A stretch of DNA of 51,384 nucleotides from a virus (Duplodnaviria > Caudoviricetes): IMG/VR virus record IMGVR_UViG_3300036792_000159, positions 1 to 51,384 of that record, one strand, 5' to 3'. The first letter of the stretch is position 1; each line of letters begins with the position of its first letter. A program made the position numbers and the translations under genes. The notes below the pieces were generated by a model. The model was not told the DNA's origin, ran no database searches, and saw nothing but the letters and a program-made list of their open reading frames with translations. Below, in pieces: positions 23,559 to 34,510 of the stretch.

Positions 23559-25898
23559 TTACCCTCCTACCCCCGCTGCCGCAGCAGCCTCCTCCAGACG
23601 TTCAAGCAGTGCAGCCATACCCGATGCCGGTGCAGCCAGATCTAGCTGGTTCTGCCGCTGCTGATGCGTGTAGGATGTGTTTACGATCTTCCTGGGTCGC
23701 CTATCATGTGCGTCGGTTGGTTCAAGATAGTCACCGCTGCGTACCTCCGAGACCGGGTGGAAGTAGCCATGTTCATCCATGATGTACCCGGTCACGGTTG
23801 CAGATCCACTGGTGTCGTTAAGAGCCGCTTCCTCGAGAAACCGTTCGGCAATTTCAAATCCGATCTGTTCCGAGAGGGGGGAGGGGATAATCAGAAGTTT
23901 GGTACGGGTCCTGGACGGGAGCGAGGTTTCACAGCGGGTGCTTTCATAGGTACAACCCGAACCGATCGGCCCTACGTTGGTAAGTTCTCCATTACCGTTG
24001 GTCCACTGCACGACGCATTTGTCGTAGGCACGCGTTGATTCCCTACCGTCTTCGTTGAGAGCACAGGAGGCGACCGTCGTTTTCCACGTACGACCGTAGG
24101 TCCCCGGTTTTTTGTAGGAGAATCGCTTGCCGTTGTAGAAGAACCAATCGTACCACCCATACTTGATTAGTTCCTTTACGATGGCGGCTATGTTGGTACG
24201 TTCGGAGTACCACGCCTCCTGGATGATAAAACCGTCATCGTCAATATCTTCGGCTCGAGCTTCCAGGCCGTTGGTGGCCTTCCGTGCGAAGAGATCAACG
24301 AGCATATCCTTGGCATGAAATCCCCACGTGGCCCCAGTGCCTTCGTTGTAGGCGGGAAGGGACAAGGCGTTAGGGGTGCGGACCCACACGTTCGTAAGCC
24401 TGATGGTAAACTGGAATCCGGAGGCACCAGCAGGACTAGTGGAGTATGTCCAAACCACACCCGCTAGGCGAGCTCCCGTAGAGCTGATTACGAAGAATTC
24501 TCCGGTTTTCGACGTGTAGAAGTCACCCGATTCTACAAGCCCATTGATGAAAGCCTGTAGGATGAAACTAAGATTTTCACCGCCCGTTAGGATCCCTTCG
24601 AAGTTTCCAGTGATTGCCCCGATCAATAGTCCCGGTCCGGCATCAATCCACGCCTCTACTCGAGGGATTACGGGAGACTGCCAAGCGCCTTCTATCACGA
24701 GATTCAATCCCTGCCCATTGACTTCCCAATTGATCTGGGGAGCATTCTGGTTAGGGGAGTTGACTTCTATTAGGGCTTTCTTGCGGCTAGTAGGGGGTTC
24801 GGTAAATTTGGTCAGGTTCTTGGTGGTCCACCCGATGGAGATAGCCTGGTTGTCTTCCATCATCGATTGATAGCCCAGCACAGTAGGGGTGATAGATGCC
24901 TGTGGTCCAGACACGTTAGGCGCCTTGTCGACGTAACCCTCGAAGACGTTTTTGCCGCTGGCCAGGTAGGCCTCTACGTCAGAGTTCGTCTGGAGTTCTG
25001 GCCACACTCTCTGGGGCAGACGGTTAAGGACGTTGGCAAGTTCCTTGAAGCCGCCGTTCATCTCCGTCGTGATACGTAGATTCGACAGGATGTTGTTGGG
25101 GTTATGCTCGTCTTCTGCGAGACGTAGAGGTTGACCCGAAGGGGTGGTAAGCCTGAGACCGATCTTGTCAGGAGGATAAGACCGTCCCGCTTTGAGCGTT
25201 GGAAGAAATTCTTCTTCGAGTTTCGGTTTTTCGGTGAGGGCGCCTACGATGAAGTTGGTCAGGGTAGGGTTGCTGCCGTTGCCGTCTACCCCACCATAGA
25301 ATTCCGTAGCTTTCGCGTTGAACCAGAGGTCTTCAGCTTCGAAGAGGAGTTCCCAGGGAGAGTTTTCGGTCGGTTTGATCATGACGTACAGGAATTTCCC
25401 CCAGCGAGCCAAGCCGAAGGCGCCATTTTTAGTCAGGGAGATCGTACGTTCTTCGATGGGATGGACAGCAGCCCCGACGAAGGCGCGGAACTTCAACCCG
25501 TAGGAGGTACCGGAGCCGTCTTCGAGGCATAACTGGAAGCCGAAGACTTCAGTCCCTTCTTCGAACGCATCTACCAACCATACCGAGCGTTGTCTTTTTG
25601 CCCCACCTTGTTTTTCTCCAAACGTGGGACACTGCAAACCTGCGAAGATCCCCTGACCTTTTGATTCACCTTTTGAGAGGAACGGCAGATAGTACATACC
25701 GCTGTTCGACCCCGTAGGTTCATGTTCGATGAAGCTTTCCGGGTGCCATCCAGCAACGTTCCAACTTCCCCTGTTCAGCGCCCAGGCTAGTTTTTTCCAG
25801 GTCGTTTCCGGAGGAGCTACCGCATGCTGCATGGAGTCGATGATCGTCGCAGTTTCAAATATCTTGACAAGCGACTGCGTTTTCTTGACAGTCATCAT
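23559..25898 (-). CDS. Minor tail / baseplate hub protein
   Basis: 779 aa, position after the distal tail gene. Confidence 0.7.
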   Translation of the reverse strand: MMTVKKTQSLVKIFETATIIDSMQHAVAPPETTWKKLAWALNRGSWNVAGWHPESFIEHEPTGSNSGMYYLPFLSKGESKGQGIFAGLQCPTFGEKQGGAKRQRSVWLVDAFEEGTEVFGFQLCLEDGSGTSYGLKFRAFVGAAVHPIEERTISLTKNGAFGLARWGKFLYVMIKPTENSPWELLFEAEDLWFNAKATEFYGGVDGNGSNPTLTNFIVGALTEKPKLEEEFLPTLKAGRSYPPDKIGLRLTTPSGQPLRLAEDEHNPNNILSNLRITTEMNGGFKELANVLNRLPQRVWPELQTNSDVEAYLASGKNVFEGYVDKAPNVSGPQASITPTVLGYQSMMEDNQAISIGWTTKNLTKFTEPPTSRKKALIEVNSPNQNAPQINWEVNGQGLNLVIEGAWQSPVIPRVEAWIDAGPGLLIGAITGNFEGILTGGENLSFILQAFINGLVESGDFYTSKTGEFFVISSTGARLAGVVWTYSTSPAGASGFQFTIRLTNVWVRTPNALSLPAYNEGTGATWGFHAKDMLVDLFARKATNGLEARAEDIDDDGFIIQEAWYSERTNIAAIVKELIKYGWYDWFFYNGKRFSYKKPGTYGRTWKTTVASCALNEDGRESTRAYDKCVVQWTNGNGELTNVGPIGSGCTYESTRCETSLPSRTRTKLLIIPSPLSEQIGFEIAERFLEEAALNDTSGSATVTGYIMDEHGYFHPVSEVRSGDYLEPTDAHDRRPRKIVNTSYTHQQRQNQLDLAAPASGMAALLERLEEAAAAAGVGG

Positions 25899-27922
25899 GC
25901 AGCCTCTGACATGAAGTGGTACGCAGGTCGATAGAACGGCGTGAGTTCGAAGGTGTTCACACCTATGTCAGCCAGAGATTCTAGATCCCCCTGTGATGGG
26001 ATCACTATACCCTTCAGTGGTCTACCCTCCATGTAGCTCGGGGCGGAGTAGGGCAGGAACCCGTCGTGCAAGGGGAGTTCACCCCAACGTTCTTTGGTTT
26101 CGTGCTGCGCCAGTACGCCATTGGATCCTAGGTTCATGGAGCGGTTGGTGTGCAGCAACGTGTCGACTTCTGGTTCATACACCCGAAACTCGTTACATTG
26201 GATTTTGTCTCCGGCCACCTTGTTCCAATCACAGATGCCTACCTTACCGACTGCGGTAGAAGTAAGATTGGCAGACAGCTGAGACGTTCCCACAAGAGGG
26301 TCCTTATACGTTGCCACCAACCTAGTACCAAGGAGCGTGATATTGAGTTCCCCTACGGCCGTACCTCCTGATCGTTGACCCAGTAGAACCCTGACGTTCT
26401 GTTCTACCTGGCTTCCGAAGATTTCCAGGTAGAATCTGAAGATGCCTTCTGATTCGATGTACTGGGGAATGACGACAATCTTCACTGCTTCCCCGTGGAG
26501 CATGATTCCATATTCTCTATGAACTCCGTTGGTGGAAACGGTATTCGTGAATGCCCACAGGGTGTTGATAGCCACGTTGCCGAAGGTAGGGGTGCTGACG
26601 TGGGCTTGGCGGTATTCCGTATCTGCTTTGGCTACGGCACGTTCTCCTACGTGGCCGGATTCCAGGATGCCGACTTTTAGCCAATCTCCGACAGTGGACC
26701 CAGCAGTTTCCCATAATCCAGCACCCGTGACAAGAGTAGCGCCGTTGATGGCTTCCCCTGCCAGTTTGCTTTTTGGTTCTCCTTGGATGAGAAATGCCGA
26801 GGGGATCCTGACGGCGTACTGTTTACGAAGTGAGAAGTATTGCTCTTGGGCCAGGGGATAGATTTTGTCGAGGTAGACCGCAGCCGTGGTTTCTCCTGCG
26901 GCATTGCGTCCCTGGAGTCGCCATTCCCAGGCCTGTTCACCAAGCGTGGCACGTTCAAGGATGGCTTCTCCGAGATCTACTATCAGCCAGTTGCCCAGAA
27001 CCTCAACTTCTACTTCTTCATTAATCGACCAAGACCCGGCAAGGGATCTCCATTCAAGACGTAGGCGGTTTCCCGTAGGCAGCGCAGCTTCGTTGTACAG
27101 CCTGAGTAGCATCCGCCGGCCTCCGACGTGCCCCATATTCAGTCCTGAGGCAGTGATTTTGTCGGAGAGGATAGTCTGCCATTCAGAGGTGAGGACTCTT
27201 TTGACCACCTTGTTCAATGCGGGGGGCTGTTTTTCTACTTCGGTACCGCCGGCAAACGTGAGTTCGGTAGCCTTGTAGCCAAGCAACGAGTTGGCACCCG
27301 TGATATGGTCTTTGGACTCGATGGACCCTATGAGAGCATTCCAGTCGGTGCCCGTGTTTTTGAGACGCAGACGGAGTAGCCCGGGAGCCGTACCTTTGAC
27401 AGAGGCGATTTCCCATTCTCTATCGCGGCTGTTAGCAGAGACTACAGTGACACCTTCAAGCTCTTTGGTTCCGTAGCAGTAAGGCGAGCACGTAAGCACG
27501 AGCTCGATCGTGTTGGCTACGGCCCTATGCGCCATGAACCATCCTTGAATCCCCGACAGCACGGCGCTGTAGACTTCAAAGCCAACATCCACCGAGGCGC
27601 CTGCGTTATTACTGAAGATCCTCTTGATCCACCCACTCTCTTTCTGGAGGATGCCGACCTTCTGCTGTAGCTTCTGAGCAGCTTCGGCCAAGCTGACGGT
27701 GCCTTCCTTCTTGGCCTGTAGCTTGAGCGTAACCGTCCGGTTAGGTGGATGACGTTCGGCTGGAATTTCTCCGAGTTCCTGGCGAATATAGAAGACTTCC
27801 TGCTGAGCGTCTCCCCATTCGGAGTCGACGATTTTGATCCCTAGTTCGTCCAGGGGCAACTGGGATCGTTCACCGATGAACTCCACCGCATCCAGTACCG
27901 CAGTCTCTACGGGTTTGCTCAT
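25895..27922 (-). CDS. Distal-tail-like minor tail protein
   Basis: Immediately after the TMP; L.LTCSPY.YG motif. Confidence 0.7.
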   Translation of the reverse strand: MSKPVETAVLDAVEFIGERSQLPLDELGIKIVDSEWGDAQQEVFYIRQELGEIPAERHPPNRTVTLKLQAKKEGTVSLAEAAQKLQQKVGILQKESGWIKRIFSNNAGASVDVGFEVYSAVLSGIQGWFMAHRAVANTIELVLTCSPYCYGTKELEGVTVVSANSRDREWEIASVKGTAPGLLRLRLKNTGTDWNALIGSIESKDHITGANSLLGYKATELTFAGGTEVEKQPPALNKVVKRVLTSEWQTILSDKITASGLNMGHVGGRRMLLRLYNEAALPTGNRLRLEWRSLAGSWSINEEVEVEVLGNWLIVDLGEAILERATLGEQAWEWRLQGRNAAGETTAAVYLDKIYPLAQEQYFSLRKQYAVRIPSAFLIQGEPKSKLAGEAINGATLVTGAGLWETAGSTVGDWLKVGILESGHVGERAVAKADTEYRQAHVSTPTFGNVAINTLWAFTNTVSTNGVHREYGIMLHGEAVKIVVIPQYIESEGIFRFYLEIFGSQVEQNVRVLLGQRSGGTAVGELNITLLGTRLVATYKDPLVGTSQLSANLTSTAVGKVGICDWNKVAGDKIQCNEFRVYEPEVDTLLHTNRSMNLGSNGVLAQHETKERWGELPLHDGFLPYSAPSYMEGRPLKGIVIPSQGDLESLADIGVNTFELTPFYRPAYHFMSEAA

Positions 27923-30900
27923 GTACGATCCCTGCTCCCTCCTGGAGTGCGACCCCAGCTGGCTTGGCGGACAGTGTCTCGGTTGATCGAATCCACCTGT
28001 TGGTCGAAGGGTTCACCGTTAGCCTTCCCGGAAACTCTACCCTCGGCCTCGTGGAAGTGGACCTCTTCAAAGTTGATGTTGGCTCTCTGGCTACGAGCAT
28101 CTGCCACGACGCTACGTCGTTCTGCGTTGCTGACAACGTTGGATCCGTTAGGTACTAGCAGCGTCTCTACACCGTTCTCACCGACCGTAGCAGCTACCAT
28201 ACCGCCTTTAGCAAAGCCACCTGCATTAGCTATAGCCGAGACGGATGCGAATTTGGCCATCACAGGGGTCTCTGCTTTCAACGCGGTGTTTTCCTTCTCG
28301 AGCGTCACGTTGAGTTCTTCCTGGATCCGCAGAAGTTCTTCGGCTTTCTGGCTGGTACCCGACCCACCGGTTATCGCTTCTTCGGTACCCTTCAGCGCAT
28401 CAGCCCACTGGATGATTTCTTCGAGGTTCCCAGACGCCTGTGCTTCACCCAGTCTCCGTGACTCGAAGGCTTTCTCCTGTTCGAGGATCTTCATGTTGTC
28501 TTCGCTGCCAGGCGTGAGTTCTGCCAGAGCCATGGCAGCTTCCATTTCACGCATCGGTTTTTCTCGGGCTTCCGATTCCGTTTCGGTGATCGCTTCGATG
28601 TGTGGATGCAGGGCTTCATCGATGGACTGTAGCTGCTGCTCGGTGGCAAAAACTTCTCCCCCGACTTCATTCATGGCAGGCGCATGACCCCAATGCCCTA
28701 GCGACCCTCCTAGGCCCTGTACCGTCTGGAGACCGACGAAGTTCTGGTTGCCTACGGATCCACCGCTGCTGTAGATCCCGTACTCGGTCTGTTCGAGCCC
28801 TTCCCTCTGTGATTCAAGCGTGGGGATAACTTCGTCCAGCGTGGTTTCCTGTCGCTGGAATCGGGTGACATTCCGTTCTATCTCTTTGACGGCTTTCTGA
28901 TCTCCGTGAATCTTCTTGTTGGTGTCGTTGATCTGTTCATTCAACGCTTTCACGGATTCGTGACTTACGGCTCCAGTGTTGTTTATCGCGTGCTGCTTGT
29001 CACGGATTTGTTCACGGAGGCTCTGCTCCTGGGCGTGTACCGCTGCCGTCTGCTTCTGGTTTTCTGCCTTGGTCAGATCGTGTTCAAGCTGTTTCTGTTC
29101 TTTTTCCAGTTGCTTGGTGTTCTGGTTTTTGGCAAGTTCGATGGTTTTGATTTCTTGTTCAAGCTTCGTCACTTCTTTTTCGAATTCGTGGATTTTCTTT
29201 TCCACGTCTCGTTTGTGTGATTCGGCTTGACGGATATTCTTCATAACCTCATCGAGTTGCTTCTTGGAACTCTTGAAGATCTTGACCACGTAGGCTTTCT
29301 TGCCTGCCACAACTTCGTGCGCCTTTACAAGCTGGTTGTGCAACGTGACAAGGCTACCCAACTTCATGTTCAGCCACTGGCCGTCGTTTTTACCGTTGGA
29401 CTTACCCTGTACAAGCCATTCAGTGGGCTTGCCTTCTTTTTCCAGCTTTTCGATTTCTTTCGCAGGAGCCTGGACGGTTTTGTCCAGGGCTTCGGCGTTG
29501 GTTGCGTATTCGCCGTATTTTTCCTCGTCGGTGGTAAGAGCGGCAAGACGGTTGAGCTGGGGGCCTTTGATGCCGATTCCTTCGATGGTGTGGAGAAGCG
29601 GTTTGACCTTTGCCTGCGCTTTAACCACAGGGGCTGGTTTCTTGGCTCCGGCTCCCTGGACGATTTCTTCGATCACTTTGATCGGGTGTTCTACGGTGCC
29701 GCCTTTTTGCAGGCCCATCGAGAAGGCCTTTTCAGCACCGGCTTCGCGGTTGGCCAGGTTCTCGGTAGCTACCGCAGGATGCTCCCATTCTTCCATGAAG
29801 AACCTGGCAGCGTCCCCAGGTGACTTAGACGCGTTCAGGCCTGAGATGATGCTACCCGAGATATGTTCGAGCGCGAATGCCATCTGGAACGACGGATCCT
29901 TCCAGGCCTTACCTTTCACTTCGGCCGCATGCTCCAAGGCTGCCAGCGAGATTTCTCCTGCCGTGAACCCTAGGAAGCCACCTCCACCCGACCCTACCGC
30001 CCCAGGATCCCAACCCGACTCTTGCCACGCATTACCGAGGATTCCTGAGGCGCCTATCCGGTTCAAGCCGTTGGCAAGCAGGGTTTTACCGGCTGCCTCT
30101 ACCGCGTTGTTCCCCGCGATTTCGGTGAACTTGCCGCCGGACATGGACCCGACCTGTTCCTTCAGGAACTGGTTTACTGCCATGGTCGCTTTGTGAGTTA
30201 CGCCCTGGTCAAGTTCTTTGAGCATCCCGGCCGGGCCTTCGACTTTAGGTTCCCCGATTTTTTTGACCGTGGCGCCAAGCGCTCCCATGTTTCCGCCTGC
30301 GCCACTGAAGATCGCTTTGCCTCCACCGGATGCGAGAGCCTCGAGGAATGCATGCATTTCTTTACCGTACTTGGTTTCGGTACCGTCTTCCTTGCCGACG
30401 TATTCCGGGTTGGCAAGAGGCGTGCCCGACGGGTCAGAGAAGCCCATCTCCAAGTGAGGGTAGGCCGGAAGCAGATCTGCGATCGTCTGACCGGCAGACA
30501 CTTTTGACCCGATCCCTACCGTACGCTTCACATTCTCATAGACGTAGATGTCCTGGCCAGAGCGCGGACCGTTGAGGAGCTGGTACACGAGACCGTCTCC
30601 GGTTCCCGGCCAGCCCCCCTGTGATCCTGCTATCACTTGCGCGTCTCCGATTGCAGCAATAGGACCGGAGCCTGCCATGTCCTGTCCTTGATCGATCCGT
30701 CCCCACGAGATACCGGGGCTGAACGGGTAGACGTAGCCTCCCATGGCCCCACCTTCTTGGAAACGAGGTACGGACTTGTTCAAGGCTTCCAGCTGTCCGA
30801 GCTTCTTCGACGCGCTACGGTTGAGGACGTGTACGATCTCCCCAGGCTCTACCATGGCTGTGAGAGGCACAGAGTCCCCAGACCCGCCTCCCGGTACAAC

Positions 30901-33900
30901 CATGCCACCCGTCTGTTTGCCACGGCCGGTGTGCCCCTGATGCTGGGCTATGCGATTCTTCTTGCCGTGGAACTTGATCGGGGAGATACCCAGTTCCTGG
31001 AGCGATGAGCTTAGCGTATCCATCAGCACACCGATGTTGCTGACACCGTTTCCACTCATGCTTTCGATGGACTTTTCGCTAGCTTCCATCGCCTCTTGCA
31101 CTTCGACACTGAAGTTTCCCGTTTGATGACCGGCCCGCAACAATGCAAGCTCGTGCTTCTGCGCCATCGTCGTGGTGGCGGCAGACATCTGAGGGAGAAG
31201 CGCGATGTAGTCTTTACCCCATTTGTGCTGGCCATCAGTCATGTTGTGATACTGAGCTGCCAGTTCTGGCTGAAGCTGCTTCAACACTTTAAAAGCTTCA
31301 TGGAGTTTTTTCTGGGTGTTTACAAGCTCTTCCTCGGCTTCTGCGACCTTCTTCGTAGTTTCAGTCGTCTTGCCGTTTTCACGCTCGTATTCCTTGGCAT
31401 TTTCGATCTTTTCACGTAGGCCCGGAATCAGCGTCTTATCGTTGTTGATTACTTCCTTGGAGACGGCGATTGCTTCTTCCTGCTTGACCTTGGAAAGTTC
31501 CTGAACACTGGCCCAAGCTTCGGTGTGTTCCTGGTTTTCCTTGCGAATTTCAGACAGTTCTTTTTCGGCTTCGTGTGCTTGTTCGCTGATGGGACCGTAC
31601 TTCTTGACCACTTCGTTAAGGTTTTTCTCAGCTTCGTGCATCGCAACAGTCGTCTTTCGGTTGCCGCTACGATCCTGAGCAAGTTTCTTTTCGGCACTTT
31701 CCATGCCCGAGAGTGCGTTCTTGAACAGAGAGTCAGCGCTCTTGGCCGACCTTACTTCAGCTTCCAACCGTTCTGCGAATGGATGCTTCGGTGAGGACTC
31801 GAACAGCTTGCTCAGAAGTTCTCCCCCGAGCGACCCTAGCCCGACGCCTAGCATCGCCCCTACCGGGCCTCCGACGAAGAAGCCTGCAAGGCCACCTACG
31901 ATTGACCCTCCTGCCTCGAAGCCTGCCTCCTTGAGATGGTTTTTGCCTCCGCTAACCACAGAGGTCAGCAGGTTGACGACCCCGTAGGCTGCGGCTGCCG
32001 CGGGGATCGCTGCTGCAAAGCTGCTCATCAACCCCGTAGCCATCGACCTACCGCTTCCTGCTACCTGCTCAGCATCCTTGGTGATGGCGTTTTTAGGAGC
32101 CGTGCCGAACAGAGACATTTGGCCATTGGGTGGGATGGCCTCGGGGAATAGTTGCTCCATGCTCTGAGCTGACCTTACCGACCGAGCCGGGGCACCAACT
32201 GACCCGATCTCTGATGCTACAGATGAATCTGTCGCTGCTGCCGTCACGGCCTCGAAGGACGCTGCCAGGTCTGCATTGCTCGTGGCAAGCGCCTCGTTGC
32301 TGGCGACAAGTTTGTCGTTGGATACTTCCTGTGCAGTGAGCTTTGCAGGGAGCAACCCCATCTGTGCCCACAGCCAAGCCAGGACCGGTTTAAGCAGACC
32401 CATTTTTGTCGTGATTACAGCGATGCCCAGTGCCCACTTGGCTATCGGTCCCGTTTCGGTGAAGGCTACGAGGATCCTTGCGATAATCCCCAACACAGCA
32501 GTAGCAGCCGCTACGAGCGGAGGCGCCACCTGCATGTAGACCTGGCGGAAGAGAGTGACCATCGGGGGGATGATCTTCAGCAGTGCGATGATCTCTTCCT
32601 TGTGGATCTGGAAGATGTTGTGTAGTTGGCCGCTGCCTTCGGTGGAGTTAACCCACGCATCTGCCTTGTTGATCATTTCGTCCAGGGCGATGACGATGGC
32701 GCTACCGGTGTGCGCGTCGTTGCTGAAGATGTCCATCAGCAGTTTGCCGACGTCCTTGAGGAAGCCCATCCACAGGTGGAAATCTTCGATCAGGTTTTCG
32801 ATGTGTTCTTCCCAGATGGAGAAGTTCTGGGGTTCATTCCATTTGGTGAAGAATTTGTCCAGGGATTCGGTGAAGCCTCCCGTGAACTTAGACGCATCTG
32901 CCACCGTTTTGAGGATGAACTCGATAGCCTGAGTGAACGCATGGATCGACGTAGGAAGATCTTCTTTGAACTTATTCTCCAACGTGTCGAAGATTCCCAT
33001 ACCCTGGGGACCTTCGAGCCATTTGAACAGTGGTTTAATATCTTTGTTGATGATTTTGAAGTTTTCGTCCGCAGCATTGCTGATCTTCGGGACGAATGCT
33101 TCAGCCACGTCCAGCCCTTGACCCAGCAGCATGGCCGACTGTTTCCTGGCGGGGGCGCTTTCATTCTTGAAGAGTTTTTCCAGGTGTTTCGCATGTTCAC
33201 CCAGTTGGAGCTCAGCCTTACCGGCCGGTCCCGCTTCTCTCATCGCTTCGTTGAAGTTCTTCTGTGCGGTGCGCGCTTGGGTGGAATAGTAGCCATACTG
33301 TTTGATGGCTTCGTTCCATTTGGTCTGCGCTTCCGTGATCTCTTTGGTACCTGCTATCGTCGCAGCAGAAACCAGTGCGTCAGAGCCCGCTCCTACCGCG
33401 ATCTTTCCTGCGGTCCCTGCTGCAAGCAACCCGCCTCCGGCAGTAGCTGCCAAGCCTGATCCCAAGACTCCACCGAGGGATAGTGCGAAGTGCTCTGCTC
33501 CGAATCCTGCGAACGACCCGAGAGACCCGGCGCCCGGGAGCCTGCCTCCACCGGTTGCAAGGCGCCCCCACCACGGAAGCACAGATCGTCCCCCCCCTCC
33601 CCCAGAGTGTCCCGTGAACAACTGAGCCGCATCTATCCCAAACCCGCTAGCATCAGAGTTAGGCCGAGAGCCTCCTCGGCCAGCAGTCATCACCTGCATC
33701 ATCTGGATGAGTTTCTGGATGTCGTTGGACCCGGCAGAGCTACCGGTCGACGAGAAGAAGTTAGGGTGGCCTCGATCCCACTGGCGGATCTGAGTCATGT
33801 TCTTGGTGAGAGAAGCTGCCGAGAACGCCCCGGCCTCGCTGGTGCCCCCTACGCCCCCTGCCCCGCCTCCTGAGCCTCCCATGGCCACAGTGATCACTGG

Positions 33901-34335
33901 AGCGATCGTAGGACGACCCAGAGAAGCTACCCTGGCTTCGGCCGCTGCAAAGCTGGCCTCATCTATCTCGGCGAAGAGAGTGGTCGTTACCGGCTCCGAG
34001 AAGATGTGCTTTTTGATGCCACCCTCTTCAAACCCCAGATCCTCGACCTTGGCCTTCAGAGTTGTTATAGCCGGATCCTCGGCAATGTGCTTTTTGATTG
34101 CGAACTCTTCGAAGGCCAGATCATCGAAGTGGACGTTGATGTCGACGTCTATCGGTGCAGACGTCGCGGCCCGGAGCTGGTCGATTTTTTTGTGGGTATT
34201 GTCGATAGACACCCCCGCAGCCTCAACGGTTCCAGCCACTTTCTCCCACTGCTTGTTATAGGCAGACAGTTCGGAGTTGGCCTTATTCAGACCATCTATG
34301 GTGACCTTCGCGCTGAGGACTACGGCGGGGAGCAT
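27919..34335 (-). CDS. Tape measure protein with M23-like and phage-tail-lysozyme domains
   Basis: 2138 aa, A/G-rich with coiled coils; GRIDQGQD...HLEMG; GILGNAWQESG...WEHPA. Confidence 0.9.
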   Translation of the reverse strand: MLPAVVLSAKVTIDGLNKANSELSAYNKQWEKVAGTVEAAGVSIDNTHKKIDQLRAATSAPIDVDINVHFDDLAFEEFAIKKHIAEDPAITTLKAKVEDLGFEEGGIKKHIFSEPVTTTLFAEIDEASFAAAEARVASLGRPTIAPVITVAMGGSGGGAGGVGGTSEAGAFSAASLTKNMTQIRQWDRGHPNFFSSTGSSAGSNDIQKLIQMMQVMTAGRGGSRPNSDASGFGIDAAQLFTGHSGGGGGRSVLPWWGRLATGGGRLPGAGSLGSFAGFGAEHFALSLGGVLGSGLAATAGGGLLAAGTAGKIAVGAGSDALVSAATIAGTKEITEAQTKWNEAIKQYGYYSTQARTAQKNFNEAMREAGPAGKAELQLGEHAKHLEKLFKNESAPARKQSAMLLGQGLDVAEAFVPKISNAADENFKIINKDIKPLFKWLEGPQGMGIFDTLENKFKEDLPTSIHAFTQAIEFILKTVADASKFTGGFTESLDKFFTKWNEPQNFSIWEEHIENLIEDFHLWMGFLKDVGKLLMDIFSNDAHTGSAIVIALDEMINKADAWVNSTEGSGQLHNIFQIHKEEIIALLKIIPPMVTLFRQVYMQVAPPLVAAATAVLGIIARILVAFTETGPIAKWALGIAVITTKMGLLKPVLAWLWAQMGLLPAKLTAQEVSNDKLVASNEALATSNADLAASFEAVTAAATDSSVASEIGSVGAPARSVRSAQSMEQLFPEAIPPNGQMSLFGTAPKNAITKDAEQVAGSGRSMATGLMSSFAAAIPAAAAAYGVVNLLTSVVSGGKNHLKEAGFEAGGSIVGGLAGFFVGGPVGAMLGVGLGSLGGELLSKLFESSPKHPFAERLEAEVRSAKSADSLFKNALSGMESAEKKLAQDRSGNRKTTVAMHEAEKNLNEVVKKYGPISEQAHEAEKELSEIRKENQEHTEAWASVQELSKVKQEEAIAVSKEVINNDKTLIPGLREKIENAKEYERENGKTTETTKKVAEAEEELVNTQKKLHEAFKVLKQLQPELAAQYHNMTDGQHKWGKDYIALLPQMSAATTTMAQKHELALLRAGHQTGNFSVEVQEAMEASEKSIESMSGNGVSNIGVLMDTLSSSLQELGISPIKFHGKKNRIAQHQGHTGRGKQTGGMVVPGGGSGDSVPLTAMVEPGEIVHVLNRSASKKLGQLEALNKSVPRFQEGGAMGGYVYPFSPGISWGRIDQGQDMAGSGPIAAIGDAQVIAGSQGGWPGTGDGLVYQLLNGPRSGQDIYVYENVKRTVGIGSKVSAGQTIADLLPAYPHLEMGFSDPSGTPLANPEYVGKEDGTETKYGKEMHAFLEALASGGGKAIFSGAGGNMGALGATVKKIGEPKVEGPAGMLKELDQGVTHKATMAVNQFLKEQVGSMSGGKFTEIAGNNAVEAAGKTLLANGLNRIGASGILGNAWQESGWDPGAVGSGGGGFLGFTAGEISLAALEHAAEVKGKAWKDPSFQMAFALEHISGSIISGLNASKSPGDAARFFMEEWEHPAVATENLANREAGAEKAFSMGLQKGGTVEHPIKVIEEIVQGAGAKKPAPVVKAQAKVKPLLHTIEGIGIKGPQLNRLAALTTDEEKYGEYATNAEALDKTVQAPAKEIEKLEKEGKPTEWLVQGKSNGKNDGQWLNMKLGSLVTLHNQLVKAHEVVAGKKAYVVKIFKSSKKQLDEVMKNIRQAESHKRDVEKKIHEFEKEVTKLEQEIKTIELAKNQNTKQLEKEQKQLEHDLTKAENQKQTAAVHAQEQSLREQIRDKQHAINNTGAVSHESVKALNEQINDTNKKIHGDQKAVKEIERNVTRFQRQETTLDEVIPTLESQREGLEQTEYGIYSSGGSVGNQNFVGLQTVQGLGGSLGHWGHAPAMNEVGGEVFATEQQLQSIDEALHPHIEAITETESEAREKPMREMEAAMALAELTPGSEDNMKILEQEKAFESRRLGEAQASGNLEEIIQWADALKGTEEAITGGSGTSQKAEELLRIQEELNVTLEKENTALKAETPVMAKFASVSAIANAGGFAKGGMVAATVGENGVETLLVPNGSNVVSNAERRSVVADARSQRANINFEEVHFHEAEGRVSGKANGEPFDQQVDSINRDTVRQASWGRTPGGSRDRT

Positions 34336-34338
34336 CTA

Positions 34339-34510
34339 TTACCCTTCGTCAGCTTGTTCTCGGGACTCTTTGGCGAGTTGCACGTAGTACAGCCTCCAGA
34401 GTTCCTCCCTCTCTTGGCTGATACTATCGAGCATCGCTTCTATGTCGATCCAGCCAAAGTCACGTGCTAGCTGGTGGTGAAACCTCAGTTGACTCGTTGG
34501 ATCCGCGAAG
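34339..34510 (-). CDS. gpT-like frameshift extension of the tail assembly chaperone (+1 frame)
   Basis: Open frame LRFHHQLARDFGWIDIEAMLDSIS...WRLYY filling the gap between chaperone and TMP. Confidence 0.7.

Noticed and set aside
23559-27922. Diversity-generating retroelement or invertible tail cassette
   Set aside because: No reverse transcriptase, invertase or duplicated variable region was recognised
27947-34470. Numerous + strand ORFs opposite the tape measure gene
   Set aside because: Shadow ORFs of high-GC coding DNA, without SDs or recognisable motifs
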